Source: Chiloscyllium plagiosum (lineage: Eukaryota). From it: a stretch of DNA of 64,000 nucleotides. The position numbers were made by a program, and so were the translations under genes. How positions within the stretch are numbered: the stretch's first letter is position 1; every line of letters starts with the position of its first letter. The notes under the pieces are model-generated. The model did no database searches, had not been told where the DNA came from, and worked only from the letters and a program-made list of their open reading frames with translations. This document shows, in pieces, positions 24,814 through 37,790 of the stretch. The stretch covers positions 8,034,676 through 8,098,675 of the forward strand of contig NC_057756.1 of assembly GCF_004010195.1 (NCBI RefSeq). The letters are read 5' to 3'.

Positions 24814-27249
24814 TGCTTCCAATTAAACCTGTTGGACTATAACCTGGTGTTGTGTGATTTTTAACTTTGTACACCCCAATCCAACAATGTCAATGAGGTG
24901 CAGAATGAAGAAGAATCTCTTTGGAGGTTGTTTCATGGGCAGGTTGGGAGAAGTGAAGAATTTCTAACTCTCACTGAGATAAATGAAATATGTAGATCCC
25001 GTGAAGATTTTGAAGTTAAATTCGGAGACATGTGAGATGTATCATAATCACATTTACTACCTGATTATCCCTCTATTTTAATACTCAATTCGTGGTGTAC
25101 ATGTTTTGTTCATTTTATTAGTTTCCAAACAAAGAAAAATCTATTGTTGCTTGTCCAAAACCATAGGATTGTACATTACTCATTTCTTAAGTCCACTAGA
25201 TACCACACAGGACACAGATATAAAACAAACATTGCTCGCTCCTCAGTTAATGGTATCATTAATTTGACAATTTTACATAATCACAGCAATGATGAGATGT
25301 CTGTTTGAAGAACAACTGAGTCTGTTTTAATTACAAGGACACTGTCAAAACTTAACTGTAAAGGTAGCACAAATTATCATGTCTCAGTTTTATACATGCC
25401 ACCACAGAATGTATAAACTTATAAAATTCCAATGAGGCAACCAACTTCCCACTTTACCTGATAGACTGCTGCTCAAGGTCACAGCAATTCACACCAAGTT
25501 GCATCAGCAACAGAAATAAATCTGTTGAATGGAACACAATTACTTTTAGAAAGAAACGCTGAGAAGAAAAGGCTTTCTCATCTGTTTCTGTGCAGCGTAA
25601 ACTGTCCACCTAAAACACGCAGAGTCAATCATGAGGAAGATGGTCATAATCACAAAAGGGGTTAAAGCCACATGGTATGAGAGGTAGATGGGTGTACAGT
25701 GAGTAAACAGAATTAAAATGATCAAAGGTCCAGACCAAAAAATGGAAATGAAATTGTAATTTCCCATAGCACATTTATTTTATTGCAATGATGGCATGCT
25801 GCTATTTCTCAATTGATGATCATTGAGGATGAGAATTGATCAAGAGGACTGGAAGTTTGGCTTTAGTTTTTTTTAATTTAAGCATATTTAAAATTTTTAC
25901 ATCATTCACCATGGGGACAGTGAACGAGACAGGGAGAGATGCATTTTCTGCTTCTGTTTAGGAACTTAGACCATTTCCTCATATCCAAATATGCTTTGTG
26001 CACTCTGTCTTTAATTCTCCATTTTCCCGCCTCAAAAAGCCACATTGTCTCACACGGCTCAAACATTGAGGAGCACTTTATTTTCAAGGTGAAAACATCC
26101 TTGGACTTCTGTTTCAGTTACTACATTCCAACTTCAGATATCCTTTCCTAAAAATGGAAAATTTGTGGTAGTCTACATTCCTCCATCATTAATGAAAATG
26201 AATGACAAAGTTTTAAAAACGCATTTCATTACCAAATAAATAAACAGTGTAAAATGCAATTTTAAACATCATTCATTCTCTCTGATTCTCAGGTTTCAGA
26301 CGGGATTTAATGGCAACACAGTTAGGATCAGAACACACTTTTCCAAAAAATAAGTCACAATCTCTTTGACATTAAATACTACAACTGGGACATACCCACC
26401 ATTTATTCACATGGGAGCAATCACTGCGACCTCTGTTGAGAAAAGTGTGCACTGCTCCAGCAAAGGTCTTTCTGTACTTCCCTTATTCTCTTAAAATGGT
26501 TATGGTTTGAGTGGAACCATTTGAAGAAAATTGGATTGTCTCTCCACAGTCTCAGATTCTCCCCCTCACTGTTTCTAAAAGGACATGAGCATAGTTGCAC
26601 AAAACTTCTATTTCCATTGTTATCAGTCCAACTGTCATTTCAGTTTATAATTCAAAACAGTGCATTGCAATTTACCCTGTGACTTGCCATTAGAGTGACT
26701 TGACTGAGTGATACCAGGGATGAGGGACTTCAGTTGATGTGGAAAGTATGGAGACATTGGAATTATTCTTTCTCATAGGGAGGGAGGTTGCTTCACTGAG
26801 TGAAGAGACAGGATCAAACATATTTCCAAACTGTGAAGGGTGAAGACACCAAATTTGGAACAAACCTGATTGATCTGTGGTACCCGAGATACTGAAAAGC
26901 TGAGAACTTTGTCAATTCCAAGAGGTGCAGGATTCTGTGTCCTCAGATTACTAACGCCAAATACTCAGGCAGAAAGAGAAAGTTCAAAAGAAATGGTAAC
27001 TAAATGGTCTGAAGTTATTAAGATCAAGATGTGGAGGAGAGTTTGCTGCAGCAATAAAAAAACCCTGGTTCAACCATTTTGGAACAGTGTGTGTGGGATC
27101 CTGGGGCCCAGACTCTGGAAAGGGCATCCGAGCCTTGGATAGAGAGATCCCATAACGTGACCAATGCACAAAGCATTAGATTATGAGAAGGGAGATGTCT
27201 CTATTCTGTACAATAGTCATTGGGAGAGGAAATGTTTTAACTCAAAGCC

Positions 27250-28750
27250 AAAAAGGGTAGCGCTGGAAAAGCACAGCAGGTCAGGCAGCATCCGAGGAGC
27301 AGGAGAATCGACGTTTTGAGCATTAGGAAAAAGTGAGGACTGCAGGTGCTGGAGATCAGAGTCATGAGAGTGGGGCTGGAAAAGCACTGCAAGTCCAGTG
27401 AATAGGTGGGAAGGAAGATGGCCAGGTAAGACAGAACAAAAGGGCGATGCTGGTTTGGAGGGTTGATTTAGGATGAGGTGGGGGGAGGGGAGATTTGGAA
27501 ACTGGTGACGTCGATGTTGATGTCATGCGGATGAAGTGTCCCAAGGCGTTCTTCCTCCAGGTGTCGAGTGGTTTGGATTGTGCAGTGGAGCTGGTTCTGC
27601 ATTCTGTCTCCCCGATGTAGAGGGAACCACATGGAGAGTAACGGACACTGTAGATGAGGTAGGTGGATATGCAAGGAAATCCCTGCCAGATGTGAAACGA
27701 TCCCTTCGGGTCTTGGACGGAGGTGAGAGGGGAGAAGTTTACACAGGTGTTACACCTCGTGCAGTGGCAAGGAAGGTGCTGTGTGTGGAGAGTGGATTGG
27801 TGGGGAGTGTGGACCTAACGAGGGAGTCGCAGAGGGAATGTTCTTGATGGAACGCAGATAGGAGTGGAGAGAGAAATATGTCTCTGGTTGTGTGGTCTGA
27901 CTGTAGGTCACCGAAATGGCAGAGAATCATGCGCTGTATCTGGAAATTCGTGGGTTGGAAGGTGAGGACCAGAGGGGTTCTGTCCTTGTTGTGGTTGGAG
28001 GGGTGTGGTTCCAGGGCGGAGGTGCAGGAAGTGGAGGAGATGTAGTGGAGTGCATTGTTGATCACATGGGATGGAAAATTGTGGTCCTTGAAATAGAGGC
28101 CATCTGTGATGTCCTGGAGTGGCGTTGCTCCTCCCCTGCCAACCCAACCAGTCCCACTTCACCGACACACCCATATCGGTTTGCGGAACTGATCCTGACC
28201 CTCAGGATCTATTGAATCCTTCCACTTCCTCCAAACCAGAGGCATAGCTACTGGCACCAGCAGGGGGCCCCAGCTATGCCTGGCTCTCTGTCTCCCTCAC
28301 TTAAAACCATTACCATCCCCCACCATTTCTGCCCCTACATCAATGACTGTGTTGGCACTACCTCATTCTCCCATGAGGAGGTTAAACAGTTCATCAACTT
28401 CACCAACACCTTTAACCCTGACCTCAAGTTCACCTGAACCATCTTCGACATCTCCCTCACTTTCCTGGACCACTCCATCTCTGACTTTGGCAATCGAATC
28501 AACACAGGCATCTATTCAAACACACTGCCTCCCAAGCGACCTTGACTACACCTCCTCCCACCCTCCCTCCTGTAAAAATGCCATCCCTTACTTCTAATTT
28601 CTCCGCCTCAGCTATATCTGCTCAGAGGAGGAGCAATTCCACTCCAGGACATCCCAGATGGCCTCCTATTTCAAGGACCACAATTTCCACTCTCACATTA
28701 TCAACAATGCCCTTCAGAACATCTCCTCCATTTCCTCAAACCCCAAGTAG
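27250..28750. mobile_element. Older Penelope-like element pieces in inverted arrangement (RT on +, C-terminal region on -)
   Basis: GIATGT..GP.YA, PYINDCVG, LDYTSSHPPSCKNAIP (+) and RLGTLHPHDINID.TSF (-). Confidence 0.75.
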
Positions 28751-29009
28751 ATATAGTGCATTAACCTCCGCCATTTCTGCCACCTACGGTGAGATCAGTA
28801 TGAAATTAACACATCACTACTCTCAGTATGAGAGGTGATCTCATTGAGACATCATGTTTTCTTTAGGGTCTTGGGAGGGTAACTGCTTGAGAGGATGTTT
28901 CCCACATGGGAGTGTCTCAAATCAGAAAGAGCAGCAGAATTGTGGGGTGCTGATTTCGGATTGTAATGAGAAAGCATTCCTTCTCTCAGAGTGCTATGAG
29001 TCTTTGGAA

Positions 29010-29320
29010 CTGCTTACACAGAGAGATCTGTGATAATGTCAAGGTGAAATGAATTCTGGCATCCAAGTGACTATTACATGATGCAGTGCAGTTTCAGCTC
29101 CTCCAACTCCATTACAGGATGAGCAGGAGATAGCCATCTGGGAAAGGCAAGCATCAGCGTACACCTTGGACTGAATTAATCTCGGGAGTGCATCCCATGG
29201 GATGAAGAGAGTCTGGTGTAGTTCTGTAGGCAATTTGCTAAAAGGACTGGAGCTAAATTTGTCCTGGGAATTGAGATCAAAACAAATGCAGTTTCATAAA
29301 GTATGAAGAGGTATATAAGA
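29010..29320 (+). repeat. Near-identical upstream duplicate of the receptor B promoter, ending just after the TATA box
   Basis: Direct repeat of 30255-30563 with few differences. ORF-track entries 29039-29233 and 30282-30476 are almost identical. Confidence 0.92.
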
Positions 29321-29649
29321 CAACTCGGCACTGCTCTCTTGACCTGTCCTACTTTTCCATTTCCTTCCCAACTATCCGCTCTCCCCTCCCCACCAATACA
29401 TTAAAATGACCTCTCGCCTGTCGCCTTCCCATCATCCTTCGCCCCAGCCCCTCCAATCCTCCTATTTATCTATCTGCCCCCTACTCCACACTCCAACATT
29501 CCTGATGAAGTGCTTATCCTCAAAGTGTAAATTCTCCTGCTCCTCGGATGCTGTCTGACCTGCTGTGCTTTTCCAGAGCCACCCTTTGACTCTGATTCTC
29601 TCACATCTTCAGTCCTCAGTTTCTTTTTTTAACTCAATTCATGTGTTCC

Positions 29650-30240
29650 ACACCAATGTCAGGAATGGAGTTTCAGTCACTCAGTGCCTGAATAGCGCCT
29701 TTCGATAAAATCTGGAGTCTGCTCCACTTCTCCTCTCCACACTATACTGCGTGGGAGTTGTATCCTGCATTTCACTGGGTCCTTCATGAAGGATGGTGGT
29801 CTCACGTGGTGCTCGCACTCAGGTCAAAGGTCACCAGCACATGGATGACATCCTTGCCCTCTGCTCAAATCCATGGTTTGTCACAGGTCATTCAGCATTT
29901 GTGACCTTTTTAAATAGGTTTGGCATCCTGTGCATATTGACACAAAAATAATGCCTGTTCTCTGGACTCTCGGCTGACTGATCCTCACACCCCTTCACTG
30001 TGAGATTGGTCAGAGTAAAATCAATAGATGATAGATGGAGTGCCCGAGACTTGTATGAAGAGCTGGAAGAAAATGTCACTGATTCTTAACAGCAACAGGA
30101 CATGTGCAGAGACCCACAATCTGCAAAGACATGATGTGCTAACTCCTAGTCAAAGGGTGAAAACGTACCCTACATCACACTCATTCTGATGGCCAACATT
30201 GTGTCCGTCCGCATCCGGGTATCTGGCGAACCTCAGTACA
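29650..30240 (+). mobile_element. Highly decayed L1/Tx1-like RT fragment between the two promoter copies
   Basis: HMDDILALCSNP (YxDD-like), SICDLF and PFTVR, with many stops. Confidence 0.45.
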
Positions 30241-30254
30241 CAAACATCAAGTTT

Positions 30255-30563
30255 CTGCTTACAGAGAGATCTGTGATAATGTCAAGGTGAAATGAATTCT
30301 GGCATCCAAGTGACTATTACATGATGCAGTGCAGTTTCAGCTCCTCCAACTCCATTACAGGATGAGCAGGAGATAGCCATCTGGGAATGGCAAGCATCAG
30401 CGTACACCTTGGAATGAATTAATCTCGGGACTGGATCCCATGGGATGAAGAGAGTCTGGTGTAGTTCTGTAGGCAATTTGCTAAAAGGACTGGAGCTAAA
30501 TTTGTCCTGGGAATTGTGATCAAAACAAATGCAGTTTCATAAAGTATGAAGAGGTATATAAGA
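30255..30563 (+). promoter_or_regulatory. Putative promoter of receptor B: homeodomain-type AATTAAT (30417-30423), O/E palindrome TCCCATGGGA (30436-30445), TATATAAG (30555-30562)
   Basis: Motifs were read directly. The TATA box starts 91 nt before the ATG. Homologous blocks occur upstream of pseudogenes C and D. Confidence 0.6.
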
Positions 30564-30645
30564 TTCAGAACAGTCAGCAGTTACCGGTGAATTGGAGCCT
30601 TTAATTCCAACAGGGATCAGCCATCAGCTTTCTTAGAAAACGACA

Positions 30646-30727
30646 ATGTCAAACGTGGAGAGGATAAGAGTTCTATTTGCCACTACATACATATTCCGTT
30701 GTATCATTGCACCCCTCGGAATTCTTG
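30646..30727 (+). CDS. Receptor B coding exon 1 (MSNVERIRVLFATTYIFRCIIAPLGIL + G)
   Basis: ATG at 30646, 27 codons plus 1 nt, then a GTGAGT donor at 30728. The phase-1 join to 36042 gives LGILG-NLVTVIIL, the same intron position and phase as in receptor A. TATA box at 30555. Confidence 0.85.
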
Positions 30728-31397
30728 GTGAGTTCTCATACATTTAAAATTGAGCCTCACTGTGTACAGGAAGAACACAGCGGTGTTTGTAGATTCATTA
30801 AAGGTGTTCTCCCCATGTTATTTATTGCATCTTTCTTTCATAGCTCCAGCAAATTAACTTCCAATGACAATTCACGTTTTATTACTGCTCACATTGCTAG
30901 TATCTCCAGTTCATTAAGTGAGAGTGTTCTGAGAGCAATATTGTTGTAATGTCGGATATGGACTGGAGAGTCACTTCCTACAAGTGAAGGTAAAGAAATC
31001 GTAAGAGCACTCACAATAACGTTTTAACAGAGGGTGGAACGCATGTGGAATGACCTGCCCGCAGAAGTGATTGAGGCTGTTTCATTAACAACATTGAAAA
31101 GGCATTTGGACGCATACATGGATAGGAAATGGATAGGATGTAGAAGGATATGGGCCATGTGGTTAGCCTGGATAGACATTTTGGTCAGCATGGGCCAGTT
31201 TGGGCCAAAGGGCCTTTCTCCGTAATGTAGGACTCTATGACTCTATAACACACAACTTATAACAGGGAAAATAAATGTGCCATTTGTCACATGGTGCACC
31301 ACGGAGAGCTAAAACTCTACAGTGTTATACTTGGTGAATGGTCAGAATTAGAGTATAATTCTCAAGCAAATTATTTTGAGAATTAGCTGGATACAAA

Positions 31398-34300
31398 TGT
31401 TATGAAGTTGAAGGTGTGTATTGTACTTTTAAGAGAGAGTGAACGCTGTCCTGAACTGAGAGATTACAAGCAATTGTGTGTATGACTAGATGGCACTGCC
31501 AAACTGCACTGGAAATTCAAAAATATCTAACATTTGACCATGAAAGAGATACCTGAGTTTTGGTTGCTGCTTTGACCACATTTCCAACTTAACCCATCAG
31601 TTTAAATTATGCCCCAGTATATAAAACCTTATCATGTCTGTATTTATTGATTTTCTAATATCAAACCAATGAGACAATGCGATGTTGGGGGTATAAAAAT
31701 GCAGACAATTTGAACTTTGGAGAGAGAGCAACTGCCACCAAGACAGAAACATCTGGAGATGTAACAACTTGCTCTCCAAGAAATTAGGAAACACTCTCAA
31801 TCAAAAATACCTTTTAGTATGAAACATATTTGCAATAAATAGAAAGACGATGACCCAGAGACATCTTCAGCTGGAAGAGAGAAGACAGAAGAATACAGTG
31901 ACTGTGTCATTTTGATATTAAATTGATATAATTTTTATAAGTGTCTTATTGGAACAGCATACTGTTGCAGAGTTGGAGGCCGATGGGGGTGAGTAACTCA
32001 GAGAGTGGGGGGCTTAAGGTTGCGAATAGTTGTTATTTAAAGTTCACTTTTAGAGTTGAAAAATAATTTGATTTCTTGAAATTGTGGAATTTGGGAGTTC
32101 TCTATCACTCGGATTTTAAAAGATTACGAGATGAGGCGAGATTTCCTGGGTGTTGGGTTCAATTAACCGAGGGATTCACCTCCGTGTCATAACAGTTTGG
32201 AGGATCAGGTTGAACATCTGGATTGATTTGAACAGATTTAGACAGATCCAGTCTGAGACTTGGACAGATTTGAACAGATTTGAGATACGAAATGTCCCAT
32301 AAGATTTAAACATTTGCGCATCAGAGCCCTAGATCTTTAATTAAAATGTAGGTGAAAACTTTGTTTAATTTTAGTTACTTGTGTTTGGTTCAAATAAAAG
32401 TGAGGGAAGTGGCTCTTAAGATTGCTCAAGAGGGTGGAGGTTCTGGGATTTGAAGTTGCTTCCCAAATTTGCCAAGAAAGTTTAGAAAGACAGGGGAAGG
32501 ACATAGAATTAGTAAATAGGTTAGCAGTGGGTTTAACCTGGGACAAAAGGAAAGCTGAAATTGTGATGGAGTTGTTCAAGCACTTACGTGTATCAGAGAA
32601 ACAGACACGTGCAAATCGTACATGTTGCAGTTCATAAAATTGTGACAGCAGATGCGTTATTGTGGATTTAAAGAGAGTGTAGGTAAATTCCAATGTCATT
32701 TATATGTGCACAAATTAGTCTGAAAGGTTGACTTAGATTAATGTCCTATGTATTTCATTGTAATGGAATTAACATTAGCAAAACAGAAGCCGACTTTTCA
32801 TTATGATGGTCCATTATTTTCTTAAAGGGGGAGGTGTTATGAATTTGAAGGTGTGTACTGTACCTTTAAGAGAGAGTGAATGTGGTTATGAACTGAGAGA
32901 TTACAAGCACCTGTGTATAAGACTAGATGGCAGTCCCAGAGCATACTGGAAAATAGAAAATATGTAACATTTGGCTGTGAAATATATACCTGAGTTTTGG
33001 ATGCTATTGGACAATAATTCAAATTTAATCAATCAGTTTAAATTATACCACCAGATTCTAAAACAAATTGAATTTATTGTTTTGCCAACCTCAAAGCAAT
33101 GAGATGATCTGATGTGTGGTGCGGGGTATATATAAAAGTGTGGACTGTTTGAAAATGGGAGAGAGAGCAACTGCCATCGAGATAAGAATGCCTGGAGGTC
33201 TAACATTTTGCTCTCCAAGAAATCAGAAAACACTCTGTCTAAGGTACCTTTTAGTATGAAACATACTCGCAGTAAATAGAAAGAAGATAACCGAGAGAGA
33301 TACTAGGCCGCAAGACAAAAGACAGTGGCTGTGCGGTTTTGAAATTAAATTGATGCAATTTTTATGTGTCTTATTAAAACAGCATATTGTTACAGAGTTG
33401 GAGGCTGATAGGGGTGAGCAATGAAGAGAATGGTGGGGGACTTATAGTTGTGAATAATTGTTATTTAAAATTGAAACTGTCTGCATTTAAAGTTCACTTT
33501 TAGAGTTGAATAATAAATTGATTTCATTTTCTTGAAATTGTGGAATTTGGGAGTTCTCTATCACTCAGATTTTAACAGATTACGAGGCAAGATGAGCTCT
33601 CCAGGGTGTTTGGGTTGAATTAACAAAGAGGTTCACCACTGTGTCATAACAGTTTGGGGCTCCGGTCAAATATTTGGATAAATTTGGACAGGTTGAGACA
33701 GATCCTGTCTGAGATTTGAACAGGTTTGAGATATGAAATGTCCCAGAAGATTTAAACATTTGTGAATTGGTGTCCTCAAATAAAATCTTCAAATAAAATG
33801 TAGGTTAAAAATTGTTTAATTTCAGTTGCTTGTGTTTGGTTAAAATAAAAGTGAGGGAAATGGCTCTTAAGATTGCTCAAGAGGTTCTGGGGTTTGAGGA
33901 CGCTTCCCAAATTTGCCAAGAAAGTTAAGAAAGACAGAGGAAAGACATACTTTCAGAATTAGGAAATAGGTTAGCATTGGGTTTAACCCGGGACAAAAGG
34001 AAAGCTGAAATTGTCATGGAGTTGTTCAAGCACTTATGTGTATCAGAGAAACAGACACGTGCAAATCGTACATGTTACAGTTCATAAAATTGTGACAGCA
34101 GATGCATTATTGTGTATTTACAGAGAGTGTAGATAATTTCCAATGTGCAGAAATTAATCTGAAAGATATAACTTAGACGAATGACCAATGTATTTCATTG
34201 TAGTGGAACTAAAGTTAGAAAAACAATCATCTTTTCATTTTTTTATTCTGAACAGGGGAGGTGTTATGAAGTTGAAGGTGTGTCCTGAACCTTTAAGAGA

Positions 34301-35061
34301 GTGTGACTGTTGTTATGAACTGAGAGATTGCAAGCAACTGTGTACATGACTAGATGGCAGTCCCAGAGCACACTAGAAAATTGAATATATGTAACATTTG
34401 GCTGTGAAAGACACCCCTGAGTTTTGGTTGCTGTTTGGACAATAATTCAAATTTAAGCAATCAGTTTAAATTATACTACCAGGTTCTAAAATCCAATTGA
34501 ATTTATTGTTTTGCCAATGTCGAAGCAATGAGATGAGACGATGTTTGAGGGGGGCTGTATAAAAGTGAGGACAGTTTGAAAATGGGAGAGAGAGCAACTG
34601 CCATCCAGACAGGAACACCTGGAGATTGAACGTCATGCTCTCCAAGAAATTGGGAAACCCTCTCTATCAAAGGTAACTTTTCATATGAAACATGCTCACA
34701 CTAAAAAGAGGGAAGATGACTCGCAAAGATTATCAGCCAGAAGAGGGAAGACAGAAGAAGACAGCGGCTGTGTGGTTTTGAAATTCAGTTGATGTAATTT
34801 TAATAAGTGTCTTATTGGAACAACATACTGTTAAAGAGTTGGAGGCCATTTGGGGTAAGCAGTTAAGAGAAAGGGGGCTTTTTGTTGTGAATAGTTGTTG
34901 TTTACTGTTCACTCATAGAGTTAAAAAAAGATGCTATTTTCTTAAAATAGTGGAATTTGGAAGTTCTCTGTCACTCATATTTTAACAGATTACGAGGCAA
35001 GATGAGCTCTCCAGGGTGTCTGGGTTTAAGTAACAGAGGTGTTCACCTCCCTGTCATCACA
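31398..35061 (+). mobile_element. Tandem non-autonomous LTR element: LTR 31398-32194, internal, LTR 32835-33651, internal, LTR 34262-35061
   Basis: Three TGTTATG...CA repeats of about 800 bp. PBS-like TGGGGCTCC at 33655 and PPT AAAGGGGGAGG at 32824-32834. The internal 610-640 bp contains only the gag start ATGGCTCTTAAG. Confidence 0.88.
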
Positions 35062-36041
35062 TATCTCAGTGTGATGCTTCTTTGAAAGGAGCATCGTTGA
35101 TCAGTTTGTAACTCTGAAGGAATTGATGTTTAATAATGAGTGATTTATGAGTTACTTGGCCATTCTACAGCATCACTGACAGGACTCATACTCCCCAACT
35201 CTTCCTCTGTGTTTTACAATTGGGTTTCCATTGCATGAGAAATTGATCACATTAAGAACTGACACGGGTCAGACATTGAGTGCTTGCATCCTGGAGTAAC
35301 ACATTCTCACATTTCAAATAACATTTCTTTTTTTATAAATGAGACAAATTGATCAAACTTAAATGGTGAAAGTAAGGACTGCAGATGCTGGAGATTAGAG
35401 TCAAGATTAGGATGGTGCTGGAAAAGCACAGCAGGTCAGGCAGCACCCAAGGAGCAGGAAAATCGAAGTTTCGGGCATAAGCCATTCATCAGGAATGAGG
35501 CTGGGAGCCTCGGGGTGGAGAGATAAATGGGAAGGAGGTGGGGCTGGGGGAAGGTAGCTGATAGAGCAATAGGTCAGAGAGGAGGGTGGAGTGGATAGGT
35601 TTATTTCCCCACAGATTACCTTTAAATGTGTCAAAGCCACAAAGAAATGCACTTGTGCTTTATTTAATTGCAATTTTTATTATCATCATCAAATTGCTCG
35701 TTCTGCCCTAACAATTGTCCCTTCGTATTTCCTAAATGCATTCTTTGTAATTGTGCTGATTAAAGAAGGAACTCAGCTCTCCAAAATGAACAAAGAGCCT
35801 CCTAAATGCTGAAAGTGATCAATGCTCTTTTATCTTATTTGTGATGGGAAATAACAAAGACTCCCACTCTCTTTACACTCTAATTTGGTGCAGAGAACTG
35901 GAAAAATTAGTACCTAGAAAAATTAACACATCACTACTCTCTTTCAATGATGCTTGCCTAATATTTGTTATATTGGCATACTGTAATTATTATTCAGATA
36001 ATAACCTGTCCATATGTTTTTTTGATGTTTGTTTCTCCAAG

Positions 36042-36931
36042 GAAATTTAGTGACGGTTATCATTCTTGCCCGAGGAAGATGTGGGCTGAACAAATGTATC
36101 ACCAGCTATCTTGTAGCAATGGCAGCAACAGATTTACTTGTCATCTTCTTTAGTGTGGTAATGTCATTCATCTTTGATGCATTATACACCTACATGCCCC
36201 ACACTGTCCCTTGTATCCTTCAAGAAGTGATGACATATGTGACCCTTGATTGTTCTGTCTGGTTAACAGTCGCTTTCACTTTTGATCGCTTTGTTTCTAT
36301 TTGTTGCCAGCAGTTCAAACTCAAATATTCCACTGTCACAACTGCAAGGGTGGTGATAGGAACCGTGTGTATATTGAGTTTGGTGACTAACATCCCCTAC
36401 TACTTCACTTATGAATCCTATGAATTATATATGCCTGTTGGTTGTACACAAAGTCAAGAAGTTTACACTCTTCCTGGGTGGCTGGTATTCTTCTGGTTCC
36501 ACAATATTTCAACCCCACTGCTGGCTTTCTGTCTGATTTTGGTGCTTAATGTGCTGACCATCAGACATGTTTTAATATCGAGTAGAGCCCGGAGGAAGCT
36601 CCGTGGTCACGGCAAGGCTGAGAAACATGAAGATCCAGAGATGGAGAGTCGGAGGAAATCAATGATTTTACTTTTCTGTTTGTCAGGGAACTTTGTCCTT
36701 TTGTGGCTGACAGAACTGATTATGAATATGTACTTCAATATCAACAACTCAATTATTGTGACAAGTTGGGCTGACCCAGTAAATGTGGCTGGAAATGCAG
36801 GGACCATGTTGAAACTTCTCAGTTCCTGCACAAACACGTTTATCTATGCTGTGACTCAAAGTAGGATCCGACAGGAAATAAAAAACGGAGTCAAGTATCC
36901 ATTTACAGTAATTCTGAAGCTGATTAAGTAA
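36042..36931 (+). CDS. Receptor B coding exon 2; apparently intact 7-TM GPR139/GPR142-like class A GPCR (spliced 323 aa)
   Basis: Acceptor TTTCTCCAAG, then an open frame to TAA at 36931. TM1 GN, TM2 AATDLL, TM3 Cys and AFTFDRF, TM4 NIP, ECL2 Cys, TM6 RRKSMILL..LLWL, TM7 SCTNTFIY, and helix 8 are all present. Confidence 0.93.
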
Positions 36932-37790
36932 ATCTTATCATCAAATTTTGTGTTGTTTCTGCTCACCAATTAATGTACGTGGGTAAACATGATGGAATTT
37001 AGAGACACCTACAGAGACATATACAGAGAATCTAACCTTTTACATTCCAGTCTATCACTGACAGTGTCTGATACTCAAAACTATCGAGCTACCCTTCCAC
37101 TCCTTCCTCCATTCTTTGATTATTGAGCTTCCCCTCAAATATATATGTCCCACTGATTTTGACATGTCCCAGTGACATTCAGCTCTGGATTCTCTGCCTG
37201 AAGACACTTCAGCTGAAATTACAATTCACTGAGCTTGTGATTCTCTAATATTGAAGGCTTCACATTTTGTTCCTTTCTGCAAATGGAAGATATGAACCAA
37301 TTTTATCAAAACCTGTTCTAATTTTGGAAACCTTCATGTTCCCAGCACATATGTAAACATGACAAAGTGAAGAATATAACCTCCCAGAGCGGGGATTGTG
37401 TTTTAACTCTTTTTATTGTGCCCTCTCACCGCCTCCATATCCTGAAACAATACAGGCAGAACTGTGCAAAGCCATCTACGTCTCACAGCCATTTTCACAT
37501 AAATTCATTACTTTTTATTCATTCTCTCCCTTTACCAAAATTCATCCTGAATAACTATCATTTTTTGTCACCTTTTAAAGTCATGTCAATGCTTTTTGAA
37601 GACATTAATTTATCCTCATGACTGTGTGTTCTATTCATTAACAGATATACCATAATTTTGCAGTAGATCCAGAATATTTGGTATTTTTGTCATTTATTGT
37701 CCTCATTGTTAATGTGAAGTATTTATATTTCCATGCTAATGTGCCTACCAATGGAAAAACTAAATATATGAACCGTTCTTTAAATGTTAT

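Larger units (their letters stand above)
23804..24885 (+). mobile_element. 5'-truncated Penelope-like (Neptune-type) element: ORF C-terminus, CA microsatellite, 35-bp array and hammerhead motif
   Basis: KFGTHREGLNQDLGFMSHYR* at 23804-23866 resembles the GLNRD.GF.SHY terminus of this group. The 3' UTR is shared with 49375-49653 and 38880-38965. Confidence 0.75.

Noticed and set aside
30473..30483. Immunoglobulin-type octamer in the receptor B promoter
   Set aside because: ATTTGCTA does not match ATTTGCAT. It is kept only as a conserved block of unknown function.
36029..36041. ORF-track start of the 300-aa receptor
   Set aside because: It begins at TTG within the intron acceptor tract. The real start is most likely the ATG at 30646.
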